From Candidatus Iainarchaeum sp. (lineage in GTDB: Archaea; Iainarchaeota; Iainarchaeia; Iainarchaeales; DTGL01), in NCBI GenBank assembly GCA_038736825.1, contig JAVYME010000021.1, forward strand, positions 1 to 23,199: a stretch of DNA of 23,199 nucleotides. The letters are read 5' to 3'. Position numbers and translations under genes: made by a program. Below are positions 1 to 7,944 of the stretch, in pieces; position 1 is the first letter of the stretch; each line of letters begins with the position of its first letter. The notes beneath the pieces were generated by a model that worked only from the letters and a program-made list of their open reading frames with translations, was not told the DNA's origin and did not search any database.

Positions 1-303
1 CGCTGCTTCTGCAATTTCAATCCCTGCATCAGCCAACAGAGCGCCGTATCCGTTGCCCAGATAAACGCCATCATTCATGAGGGGATCGAGTATTTTCGCA
101 ACGTGCTCAGAATTTGCCGGCATTTAATCCAGGAAGATTTGAAGGACCCCGAAGTTAGCGAAGACGTCAAAAGGCAAGTCAATGTCATCCTAAGCGACGA
201 TCCCCTCGTCCCGCTGCAAATGGAAACCATCCGGTTACTCAACAGGGCCATCCTCAAAAATGCTCGGGATTTTGTTTCGGAAATCCGCAAAATCAAAAAA
301 TAA
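1..303 (+). CDS. 3' end of a hypothetical protein, open to the window edge (alternatively a 66-aa ORF starting at GTG 103)
   Basis: Frame 1 is open from nt 1 to TAA at 301-303. The last ~75 aa (IIHEGIEYFRNVL...DFVSEIRKIKK) look protein-like, but I recognise no family. The first ~78 nt are also open on the minus strand (ATG at 78-76), so the 5' extent is uncertain. Confidence 0.35.
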   Translation, partial: RCFCNFNPCISQQSAVSVAQINAIIHEGIEYFRNVLRICRHLIQEDLKDPEVSEDVKRQVNVILSDDPLVPLQMETIRLLNRAILKNARDFVSEIRKIKK

Positions 304-334
304 CAATTTTTAAAAATGCCGCTTTTAAGAATGA

Positions 335-342
335 TTTAAATA
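335..342 (+). promoter_or_regulatory. Archaeal TATA-box candidate (TTTAAATA) upstream of the PPC-domain gene
   Basis: Exact TTTAAATA lies in the AT-rich intergenic region. The downstream gene has a GGGGTGAT Shine-Dalgarno-like site at 409-416, 3 nt before ATG 420. Confidence 0.35.
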
Positions 343-419
343 CTGATTGAAGTTATAGTTTATTTTGAGCACTTTTGCTAGCATTCAAAAAAAACCGCAA
401 AGTGCAATGGGGTGATTGC

Positions 420-794
420 ATGGCTGAAACAACCTGCGTTCTAAAGCTTGGAGACGGTGCAGACATAATGGAAGGCTTGCAAAAAATAGCCGACGAAAAA
501 GGAATAGATTATGGTTTTCTTGTAAGCTGTTCTGGGCGCATAAAAGAATTCGAGCTTCTCTCCACTTCCTCCGGCGGCGGAGTGGACAAAATGAAATTCG
601 TCAACCCATTCGAAGTCAACGCCATAAGCGGAAAAATCCAAAAACAAAAAGGCAAATTAACTTCACACATCAGGGTTTCAGTCACCAGCACTGGCTTTAC
701 ACCACTAGCAGGACAACTCATCAGCGGAAAAGCCGCAGGCAGTTTTGAAATCAGCATTAGAAAAGTAGACATGAAAAAAATCATAGAAGCATAA
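420..794 (+). CDS. PPC (DUF296) domain protein, a putative DNA-binding or unknown-function family
   Basis: ORF 375-794. I prefer ATG 420 because it is preceded by GGGGTGAT. The translation VLKLGDGADIMEGLQKIADEKGIDYGFLVSCSGRIKEFEL...NAISGKI...SHIRVSV...GQLISGKA..FEISI fits the PPC/DUF296 pattern (GxDl..i..f....gi..g.v...G........L.G.i.....HlH..v........GG.l..g). Confidence 0.7.
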   Translation: MAETTCVLKLGDGADIMEGLQKIADEKGIDYGFLVSCSGRIKEFELLSTSSGGGVDKMKFVNPFEVNAISGKIQKQKGKLTSHIRVSVTSTGFTPLAGQLISGKAAGSFEISIRKVDMKKIIEA

Positions 795-856
795 GCGCCT
801 GTTAACAACTTCACTTCTAGTGCAGCCTAAAAAAAATCAGCAAAAAATTAGAAAAA

Positions 857-1402
857 TCAACTTTTCTCGGAAGGCATTTCCAAGCTTATCTTTGCTTGGG
901 TGTTGCCTCCAGTGCAAGTAATACAAGCCAATAGATATTCCCAAGGCTCACTCCAAATAATGCCTTCAAATTCTTTTGGTGAAAGCGCTTTTTTTGTTTT
1001 TTCAAGTTCTTCACTTGAAAGCGGGTAATTTGTTATTATTTTGTCGGTTAATAGTTCACTGTTTGGTTTAATGGAAAAAGAATCAACATTTTCATAGTCG
1101 CTAGCAAGAGCCTTTTTTCTTAAAAAATTTATTGTATGTGCTTGACTGTCCTTATTCACAATTTTTGGAGTGACAAAAACATAAACTGGAACAACAAAAG
1201 AAGCTGGCATTAAACTGCCATTTTCAATGGTAAATACCACAATTTCTTCTCTAACATTTTTTTCCAAAAAAAGTTTTTGTTTTGGTGTTGGTGAAGGGCG
1301 CTGGCTTAAAAACAAAAAATAAAATACAGCAAAAAACAGAATAAAAAAAGCCAAGAAAAAAAGAAAGAGTTTAATCCTTTTGTTTTCTAAAAAAACCAAC
1401 AC
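857..1402 (-). CDS. N-terminally membrane-anchored hypothetical protein with a possible cupredoxin-like beta domain
   Basis: 181-aa ORF starting at GTG 1402, with GGGTGAT (1413-1407, minus strand) 4 nt upstream. It has a hydrophobic N-terminal helix (LFLFFLAFFILFFAVFYFLFL). The IVVFTIENGSLMPASF..V..KIVNKDSQAHTINF and YLLACITCTGG segments loosely resemble cupredoxin-like domains. T-tracts follow the stop. Confidence 0.6.
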   Translation of the reverse strand: MLVFLENKRIKLFLFFLAFFILFFAVFYFLFLSQRPSPTPKQKLFLEKNVREEIVVFTIENGSLMPASFVVPVYVFVTPKIVNKDSQAHTINFLRKKALASDYENVDSFSIKPNSELLTDKIITNYPLSSEELEKTKKALSPKEFEGIIWSEPWEYLLACITCTGGNTQAKISLEMPSEKS

Positions 1403-1491
1403 TCATATCACCCAAAAAAACAAAAGAAAAAGAAGCAATAACTTTAAAATTATAAATGTTTCAATTAGTTTCATATTTTAAAGGTTTTACC

Positions 1492-3204
1492 ATGGCAAAA
1501 AATTTTAAATTTCAGTTTTTGTTAGTTTTCTTGTTTTTTTTACCATTTGTTTTTGGTTGGGGCACTGGAGATGCTTGCGATAATAGTGGGCGTGTTTGTT
1601 GGAATCAAAAATGTGCCTGCCCTGAAGCAGCAATTTGTGACTCTGTTTGTTATGCTATTGGGCCAAATTGTGACGATTTTTGGTGCTTAGGAAAGGATTG
1701 TAGAGTAATGTGGTGTCCTGGAGGGTGCGATGACTCTCAATGTCAAGAGGAACCGCCTTCTTGTACTCAGGAGAATTTGTGCCGGAATGGGAATGTTTGG
1801 CGTTATGATAGTTGTGAGGGCTGGCTTTATGAGGTTCAAAAGTGTGATTCTGTTTCTTGTAGTGCTTGGGTTTGCAATGCTGCTAAGACTGCAAAGCAGC
1901 GAACTTGCACTGGTTCTTGTCAGAACGGGCAATGCACTGGCAGTTCCACTGAAACCGTAAACTGTCCTTTTGGTTGTTTGAATGGTAAGTGTCAACCGAA
2001 GGCGGATTTTTCTGTTTCTCCGCCTGCGCTTGTGCCTGGTTCTACGGTTTTGTTGGATGCTAGTCTTTCTATGGATCCTTATGGTTTGAGTTGTGGGGGT
2101 AGTGCTTGTTTGTCGTATGAATGGTTTTATAATGGGGTTTTTGCTGGCAATTCTAAGACTTTCAATTTGACTTTGTTGCCTGGCAGTCAGCAGTCTATAA
2201 GGTTGAAGGTTGTAACGGTTGGTTTGACTGGGGAGACGCGTTTGCCGGATAATGGTACTACGCACGAATTGACTCGTTCTAGGAATACTGTTATTAATGC
2301 TCCGGATTCTTGCACTTTGCCTTGTAATATAACTATTAATGCGGTTGGCACTACTGATGACAAGTTTGCATCAAACCAGTTGTCTTATAGGTGGGATTAT
2401 GATGGCGATGGAGTGGTTGATGCAACTTTTAATAGTGATGTTCTGCCTGGCGCTTACACTTATGCAAATCCTGGAAGTTTCACTATAAAATTGTCTGTGG
2501 TTAACCCGGATGGAGTGGAGTCTTTTGCTGAAAAGAACATTCAAGTGATTAATAATCCTCCAATTGTTGATTTTGACATGATTCCCAGTCCGCCTACTGG
2601 TTTTATTCCTTTGACTATAAAGTTTGTTAATAAAACTGTTGATCCAGATGGGCATGCTATTTCGAGTTATTTTTGGAGTTTTGGAGATGGGCAGACTAGT
2701 TCTCAAGAGAGTCCCACTCACCAATACAGTATTGAGGGCGAGTATACTGTTACCTTGACTGCCACAGACCAGTTTGGCGCTAGTGGTTCAAAAGATAAAC
2801 TGGTTATAGCCAAACAACAACCACTAATTAGTGGTTTGAAGGCAACCAATCCAAGCGATCCAAGTAAAACTGCTCTTATTACTGTTAATTGCACTAAAAC
2901 TGGAATGCCGACTAAAATTGAAATTTTTGACAAAGACAACAAGTTGCTGCATTCTCTATCAGGAATCTGTGGAAACACAATTACAGCGCCATTGCTGCCT
3001 TCAGGCGTGTACTTGGTGAAGGCAATGATTGTGAATGCAAGCGGAAACCAGCACCCAGATTGCACTAATTGCCCGAAAACAACCAATATAACTGTAGGAA
3101 TGCTGGCACCAGAAATGCAAACCCCAGAAATTCCAGCAATACTAACAGCAATAATAGCGCTTGCAGTGGTTTTGATTACTGGAAGGAAAAAGCATAAGGG
3201 TTAA
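1492..3204 (+). CDS. Secreted cysteine-rich surface protein with three PKD-like domains and a C-terminal transmembrane anchor
   Basis: ORF 1456-3204. I prefer ATG 1492 (MAKNFKFQFLLVFLFFLPFVFG is a signal peptide), and a TATA-like box sits at 1442-1455. There are 24 Cys in the ~145 aa after the signal peptide. PKD signatures are present (LSYRWDYDGDG; YFWSFGDGQTSSQESPTHQYSIEGEYTVTLTATDQFG). The C terminus PEIPAILTAIIALAVVLITGRKKHKG is a TM helix followed by a basic tail. Confidence 0.85.
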   Translation: MAKNFKFQFLLVFLFFLPFVFGWGTGDACDNSGRVCWNQKCACPEAAICDSVCYAIGPNCDDFWCLGKDCRVMWCPGGCDDSQCQEEPPSCTQENLCRNGNVWRYDSCEGWLYEVQKCDSVSCSAWVCNAAKTAKQRTCTGSCQNGQCTGSSTETVNCPFGCLNGKCQPKADFSVSPPALVPGSTVLLDASLSMDPYGLSCGGSACLSYEWFYNGVFAGNSKTFNLTLLPGSQQSIRLKVVTVGLTGETRLPDNGTTHELTRSRNTVINAPDSCTLPCNITINAVGTTDDKFASNQLSYRWDYDGDGVVDATFNSDVLPGAYTYANPGSFTIKLSVVNPDGVESFAEKNIQVINNPPIVDFDMIPSPPTGFIPLTIKFVNKTVDPDGHAISSYFWSFGDGQTSSQESPTHQYSIEGEYTVTLTATDQFGASGSKDKLVIAKQQPLISGLKATNPSDPSKTALITVNCTKTGMPTKIEIFDKDNKLLHSLSGICGNTITAPLLPSGVYLVKAMIVNASGNQHPDCTNCPKTTNITVGMLAPEMQTPEIPAILTAIIALAVVLITGRKKHKG

Positions 3205-3211
3205 GGAATTC

Positions 3212-3222
3212 CTTTTAAAAAT
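3212..3222 (+). promoter_or_regulatory. TATA-box candidate for the permease gene (implies a leaderless or near-leaderless mRNA)
   Basis: CTTTTAAAAAT is centred ~27 nt upstream of ATG 3244, and no Shine-Dalgarno site lies between them. Confidence 0.35.
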
Positions 3223-3243
3223 CCAGCCTTTCTATTTTTTTGT

Positions 3244-4524
3244 ATGCCTTTAAATAGAGCGCTTTCCTTATTGGAATTAACGCTTTGCGGTGTGGGCATT
3301 ATTTTGGGTGCTGGAATTTATGCCCTTATTGGTGCAGGTGCTGCTGTTGCAGGCAATGCTGTTTGGATGAGTTTTGCTTTTGGTGCACTAATTGCAATTC
3401 TTACTGGGCTGAGTTATGCTGAATTGAGTTCCATGTATCCTGAGGCTTCAGCTGAATACGAGTATGTAAGGCGTGCTTTTGGAGAAAAAGCTGCTTTTCT
3501 TGTTGGCTGGCTTGTTATTTTTGCTTCTGTTTTGGGTGCAACCACTGTTGCAATTGGTTTTGGCGGGTATTTTGGTGCTTTTTTTTCCATTTCCTGGATT
3601 TATGGTGCAATCACAATAATTGTTGTTTCTTCAATAATAATCCTTTTAGGCGTGAAATTTTCTGCAAAACTGGGTTCAATAATTACTTTGATTGAGGCAA
3701 GCGGGCTCCTCTTCATAATTTTTTTGGGGGCTCCGCATATTTTCTCTTTTGATTTCACTGAAATTCCATCCATTCAAGGAGTGCTTGGCGGAACCATTAT
3801 TGTCTTTTTTGCATTCCTTGGATTTGAGGAAATGGTTCGATTTTCAGAGGAAACAATTGATTCTAAAAATGTGATGCCAAAAGCGCTCTTGTTGTCCATT
3901 ATTGGTTCCACAATTCTTTACATTCTTGTCTCGGTTTCAGCGGTAAGCATTGCCGGTGCTAAAGCGCTCGCGCAATCTGAAAGCCCGCTTGCAACAGTTG
4001 CTCAAACCGCAATGGGAAGCCAGGCATTCTATTTTCTTTCAATAATAGCGCTTTTTGCCACAGCAAACACGGTTTTATTGGTGTTGCTTGCTGCTTCAAG
4101 GTTATTGTATGGCATTAGCAAGGAAAATGCAATGCCAAAAGCCTTAAGCCTTGTTTCAGCCAATGGAACGCCTTGGGTTGCAGTGATTGCAACTGGTGCT
4201 CTTTCAACAGTGTTTCTTGCAATTGGCACAATAGGTTTTGTGGCAAGCGCAGTGGATTTAGCGCTTTTCATAATTTTCATAATAATAAACCTTTCAATGA
4301 TAAAGCTAAGGTTTTCCCTTCCTGAAAAAGAAAGGCCTTTCAAGGTTCCAATTTCTTTTTTCAAGATTCCATTGCTTTCCGTGGCTGGAATAATCCTTAC
4401 AACAATATTTGTGTTTTCCATTCATGACGTCAAAATATTTGAAACAGTTTTTGTTGTAATAATAACTGGCATAATTGCAATGTTTTTGTTTTCAAAACCG
4501 AAAACCCAAAAGCAAAATATTTAA
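3244..4524 (+). CDS. Amino-acid permease, APC superfamily
   Basis: 426-aa polytopic membrane protein. The N terminus LSLLELTLCGVGIILGAGIYALIGAGA and FAFLGFEE are characteristic of amino acid/polyamine/organocation transporters. Confidence 0.88.
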   Translation: MPLNRALSLLELTLCGVGIILGAGIYALIGAGAAVAGNAVWMSFAFGALIAILTGLSYAELSSMYPEASAEYEYVRRAFGEKAAFLVGWLVIFASVLGATTVAIGFGGYFGAFFSISWIYGAITIIVVSSIIILLGVKFSAKLGSIITLIEASGLLFIIFLGAPHIFSFDFTEIPSIQGVLGGTIIVFFAFLGFEEMVRFSEETIDSKNVMPKALLLSIIGSTILYILVSVSAVSIAGAKALAQSESPLATVAQTAMGSQAFYFLSIIALFATANTVLLVLLAASRLLYGISKENAMPKALSLVSANGTPWVAVIATGALSTVFLAIGTIGFVASAVDLALFIIFIIINLSMIKLRFSLPEKERPFKVPISFFKIPLLSVAGIILTTIFVFSIHDVKIFETVFVVIITGIIAMFLFSKPKTQKQNI

Positions 4525-4546
4525 GGCTTTACAGCCTATTTTTTGC

Positions 4547-5176
4547 ATGAAAAACGCGAACACAAAAATAATTGATGTTTTGGCAGTAATCTATCTTTTA
4601 ACGGTTTTGGGTTTGATTGCTTTCAATCTTGACGCTTTCATTGCGCTTACAACCGCATTTCCTTTGCCAATGGGTTTTTTGAAGTTTGCTGTCCTTGCAA
4701 CCTTTGGCGAATTTGTGAAAATAAGAAAGGCAACTGGAAAATGGAATTTTAAGGATTGGCATTTGAAAACCATTGTTTGGGGATTGTTTGGGGTTTGGTT
4801 TGCAATAGTTTTTCCATTGTTTAGCGCCGGCGTTGCCTTTGTTACAGAAAAAGGCTTGTGGCCTGATTTGGGGCCCTTGTTTTTGGCGTTTTCCACTAGT
4901 TTGTGGATTAACATTTTGGCGCTTTATGCTTGGCCTATGATGCTAGTGCACGAATATTTCAATAAAGTGATTGAAAGGAAACGGCTTGTTTCAACTGTGG
5001 AGTTCGCTGAGGAATTGGATAAAAAGGCTTGGTTTAAGAGCATTCCTTTGACTGTTTTGCTGTTTTGGCTTCCAGCGCACACTGTCACTTTTAGCCTTCC
5101 AAACGAGTTCAGGGTTTTAATGGCTGCATTGCTGTCTCTTGCGTTGGGTTTTCTTATAACCACGAGAAAAAAATAA
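4547..5176 (+). CDS. Polytopic membrane protein of unknown function (C-terminal motif reminiscent of Mpv17/PMP22)
   Basis: ORF 4475-5176. I prefer ATG 4547 because it lies after the permease stop. There are about 4-6 hydrophobic helices. FWLPAHTVTFSLPNEFRVLMAALLSLALG resembles the W-x-P-A...F..VP...R motif of Mpv17/PMP22. This is a weak, by-eye comparison. Confidence 0.6.
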   Translation: MKNANTKIIDVLAVIYLLTVLGLIAFNLDAFIALTTAFPLPMGFLKFAVLATFGEFVKIRKATGKWNFKDWHLKTIVWGLFGVWFAIVFPLFSAGVAFVTEKGLWPDLGPLFLAFSTSLWINILALYAWPMMLVHEYFNKVIERKRLVSTVEFAEELDKKAWFKSIPLTVLLFWLPAHTVTFSLPNEFRVLMAALLSLALGFLITTRKK

Positions 5177-5215
5177 ACCAATCTTTTTTAAGCCTTAATC
5201 TGCTTAAATTTTGGA

Positions 5216-6385
5216 ATGCCGATTGCTCGATACATTGAGGTTGCGGAAAAGAATTCTTCTTGGATTAGGCGAATGTTTGAAAAAGGCTTGGAATTGCAGA
5301 AAAAGCATGGAGTGAATGCAATTGCTGATTTTTCCATTGGCAATCCCAACCTTGAACCACCAAAGGAATTCATTGAAGCGTTAAAAGTTCACGCTGGAGA
5401 TAAATACTTGCATCGTTATATGCCTAACGCTGGTTTTCCAGAGGTAAGGGAAAAAATTGCTTTTTGGCTTGCAGAGCACTATGGAGTTGCTTTTAAAATG
5501 CAAAATGTTTGCATGTCTGTTGGAGCCGCTGGCGCAATGAACACAATTCTTAAAACAGTTCTCAATAAGGGTGAAGAGGTTTTGTTGTTGGAGCCTTATT
5601 TTTGCGAGTACTGGTTTTACATAGAAAACCATGGCGGAAAGCCGGTTGTGGCAAAAACAAAAAAGGATTTCACCCTGGATTTTGAGGAAATAAATTCAAA
5701 GCTTTCCAGGAAAACCCGCGCTTTAATCATTAATTCGCCCAACAATCCAACCGGCAAAGTGTATGAAAAAAAAGAATTGAAAAAACTGGCTGGGCTTTTG
5801 GAGGAAAAGCAAAAAGAGTTTGGCTCGCAAATTTATGTTTTGTCAGATGAACCTTACAGGGAAATAGTTTTTGACTGTCAAGCGCCAAGCATTGTGCCCT
5901 ATTATTCTAATTCTTTCATGGTTTATTCTTGGTCAAAATCGCTTGGCATTCCAGGTGAACGAATTGGCTATATTGCAGTAAACCCTGAAATAGATGATTC
6001 AAGGATTGCGGAAAAACTGGCTTTTTCGACAAGGGTTTTGGGTTTCGTGAATGCGCCAGCGCTTTTGCAGAAAGCGGTTGCAGATGTGCTGGATTCAAGA
6101 GTGAAAATTGAAGTTTATAAAAACCGCAGGGACAAAATTGCAAGAGAATTAAAAAAAGCAGGCTATTCTTTTGAAATGCCCAAAGGAGCATTTTATTTTT
6201 TTCCAGAAAGCCCTTTGCCTGACGAAATTGAATTTATTGAAAAAGCAGCTGAAAAACTAGTGCTTTTAACCCCTGGAAGGGGCTTTGGAAGAAAAGGCCA
6301 TTTCAGGATATCCTATGCTGTTCCAGAGCAAGCAATTGATTTAGGGCTTGAAAAGCTTTCAAAATTAATGGAAGAATTGAAATGA
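5216..6385 (+). CDS. Class I/II pyridoxal-phosphate aminotransferase (aspartate/aromatic type)
   Basis: 389 aa. It has INSPNNPTGKVY, a SWSKSLGIPGERIGY segment (PLP-lysine motif SxSK) and a C-terminal RISYA. The stop overlaps the iorA start (ATGA at 6382-6385). Confidence 0.9.
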   Translation: MPIARYIEVAEKNSSWIRRMFEKGLELQKKHGVNAIADFSIGNPNLEPPKEFIEALKVHAGDKYLHRYMPNAGFPEVREKIAFWLAEHYGVAFKMQNVCMSVGAAGAMNTILKTVLNKGEEVLLLEPYFCEYWFYIENHGGKPVVAKTKKDFTLDFEEINSKLSRKTRALIINSPNNPTGKVYEKKELKKLAGLLEEKQKEFGSQIYVLSDEPYREIVFDCQAPSIVPYYSNSFMVYSWSKSLGIPGERIGYIAVNPEIDDSRIAEKLAFSTRVLGFVNAPALLQKAVADVLDSRVKIEVYKNRRDKIARELKKAGYSFEMPKGAFYFFPESPLPDEIEFIEKAAEKLVLLTPGRGFGRKGHFRISYAVPEQAIDLGLEKLSKLMEELK

Positions 6386-7944
6386 AGGAAATTGTTTTAG
6401 GGGATGAAGCGCTTGCCTTGGGAGCAGTGCATGCCGGCATTTCTGCTGCTTTCGCTTACCCTGGCACTCCAAGCACTGAAATAACCGAATTTCTAATAAA
6501 AAACAGGGAAAAATTCGGCATTCATGCTGAATGGTGCTCTAATGAAAAAACCGCTTTTGAGGCAGCACTCGGGGTTTCTTTTGCTGGAAAAAGAGCGCTT
6601 GTTTCAATGAAGCATGTGGGCTTGAATGTTGCAATGGATGCCTTTGTGAATTCAGCAATTTCCGGAATAAAGGGCGGATTGGTTGTCGCGGTTGCAGACG
6701 ATCCAAGCATGCATTCCTCGCAAAACGAACAGGATTCAAGGCATTTGGCAGAATTTGCAAAAGTTTTCTTTTTTGAGCCGGCAACAGCCCAAGAAGCCTA
6801 TGACATGGCTTTGCAAGCCTTTGACTTGTCTGAAAAACTCGGCATTCCAGTGTCAATTCGCTTGGTGACAAGGCTTTCGCATGCAAGGGAAAGCATTAAT
6901 ACTGCAAAGCAAAGAAAGCAAAACGAGTTGGATGCAAGAATGGCGTGCAAGGAATGGGTTTTATTGCCTGGAAACGCGCGAACCCAATTCCAAAAACTTT
7001 TGGAAAAGCAAGCCCTGCTTTTAAGAGAATCTGAAAAAAGCAAGTTCAACCAGTCAAGGAAACGCAAGGGAAAAAAATGCATTGTATGCGCTGGAAATGC
7101 CTGCAATTATTTTTTTGAATTGGGTTCAAAAATTTCTTTTTTTAAGATTTCAACCTATCCCTTGCCTGAAAAAAAAATCAAAAAATTTCTTTCAACCTTT
7201 AAGGAAATCCTTGTATTGGAGGAAGGCTGTCCATATATAGAGGAAAAAATTCGCTCCATAGTGGACTGGAAAACCAAAAAAATCACTGGAAAGCTTTCAG
7301 GGCACATTCCCTTAACAGGCGAACTGACTCCGGAAAAAACCAAAAAAGCCCTTGGAATAAAAATAATGCAATCCATTAAAGTAAAAATTACCCTTCCTTT
7401 AAGGCCGCCACAGTTTTGCGCTGGCTGTCCGCATGCAGACTTGTATCGTGCACTAAATGAAGCAAAAAATGATTCAAAAATAATGGTTTTTGGAGACATT
7501 GGCTGTTACACTTTGGGTGCACTGCCACCATTCACTGCAATAGGCTCTTGCATTTGCATGGGTTCTGCCGTAAACCTTGCGCGCGGAGCATCAATAGCTG
7601 GAGCAGAGCCAGCTGTTGGCGTTATAGGTGATTCCACTTTTGTGCATGGCGGAATGCCTGCACTTGTTGAAGCTGCAAAGCACAACAACAACATTAAACT
7701 TGTCATTCTTGACAATGGCACTGTGGCAATGACTGGCGGGCAGGAAACAATGGTTAAAGGCGATTCCTTGAGCGAGTTGGTTGCAGGGCTTGGCGTTCCA
7801 AGGGAGAGAATCCGCATAATAGAGCCATTGCCTGCAAAACACGAAGAAAACGTGAAAATTTTAAGGGAAGAATTTTCACATAAAGGAATTTCAGTCATAA
7901 TTTCCAGGCGTGCATGCATTCAATCCTTGAAAAAAGGGGTTTAA
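6382..7944 (+). CDS. iorA: Indolepyruvate:ferredoxin oxidoreductase alpha subunit, short form without a ferredoxin-type domain
   Basis: 520 aa. The N terminus LGDEALALGAVHAGISAAFAYPGTPSTEI is typical, as are FCAGCPHADLY and the TPP-binding segment GDIGCYT...GDSTFVHGGMPALV...ILDN. It is followed immediately by iorB (TAAATG). Confidence 0.85.
   Translation: MKEIVLGDEALALGAVHAGISAAFAYPGTPSTEITEFLIKNREKFGIHAEWCSNEKTAFEAALGVSFAGKRALVSMKHVGLNVAMDAFVNSAISGIKGGLVVAVADDPSMHSSQNEQDSRHLAEFAKVFFFEPATAQEAYDMALQAFDLSEKLGIPVSIRLVTRLSHARESINTAKQRKQNELDARMACKEWVLLPGNARTQFQKLLEKQALLLRESEKSKFNQSRKRKGKKCIVCAGNACNYFFELGSKISFFKISTYPLPEKKIKKFLSTFKEILVLEEGCPYIEEKIRSIVDWKTKKITGKLSGHIPLTGELTPEKTKKALGIKIMQSIKVKITLPLRPPQFCAGCPHADLYRALNEAKNDSKIMVFGDIGCYTLGALPPFTAIGSCICMGSAVNLARGASIAGAEPAVGVIGDSTFVHGGMPALVEAAKHNNNIKLVILDNGTVAMTGGQETMVKGDSLSELVAGLGVPRERIRIIEPLPAKHEENVKILREEFSHKGISVIISRRACIQSLKKGV

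Noticed and set aside
1-78. Possible minus-strand gene start (ATG 78-76; MNDGVYLGNGYGALLADAGIEIAEAA...) running off the left edge
   Set aside because: The translation looks protein-like, but only 26 codons are visible. No promoter or Shine-Dalgarno site is evident, and it would leave only 24 nt before the plus-strand GTG at 103. I cannot decide from this window, so it stays as a caveat on the 1-303 feature rather than a separate call.
325-350. Possible C/D-box sRNA (AATGATTT ... CTGA) in the 300-420 intergenic region
   Set aside because: The putative C box deviates from RUGAUGA at two positions. There are no C'/D' boxes, no terminal stem and no recognisable guide. The TTTAAATA here is better read as a TATA box.
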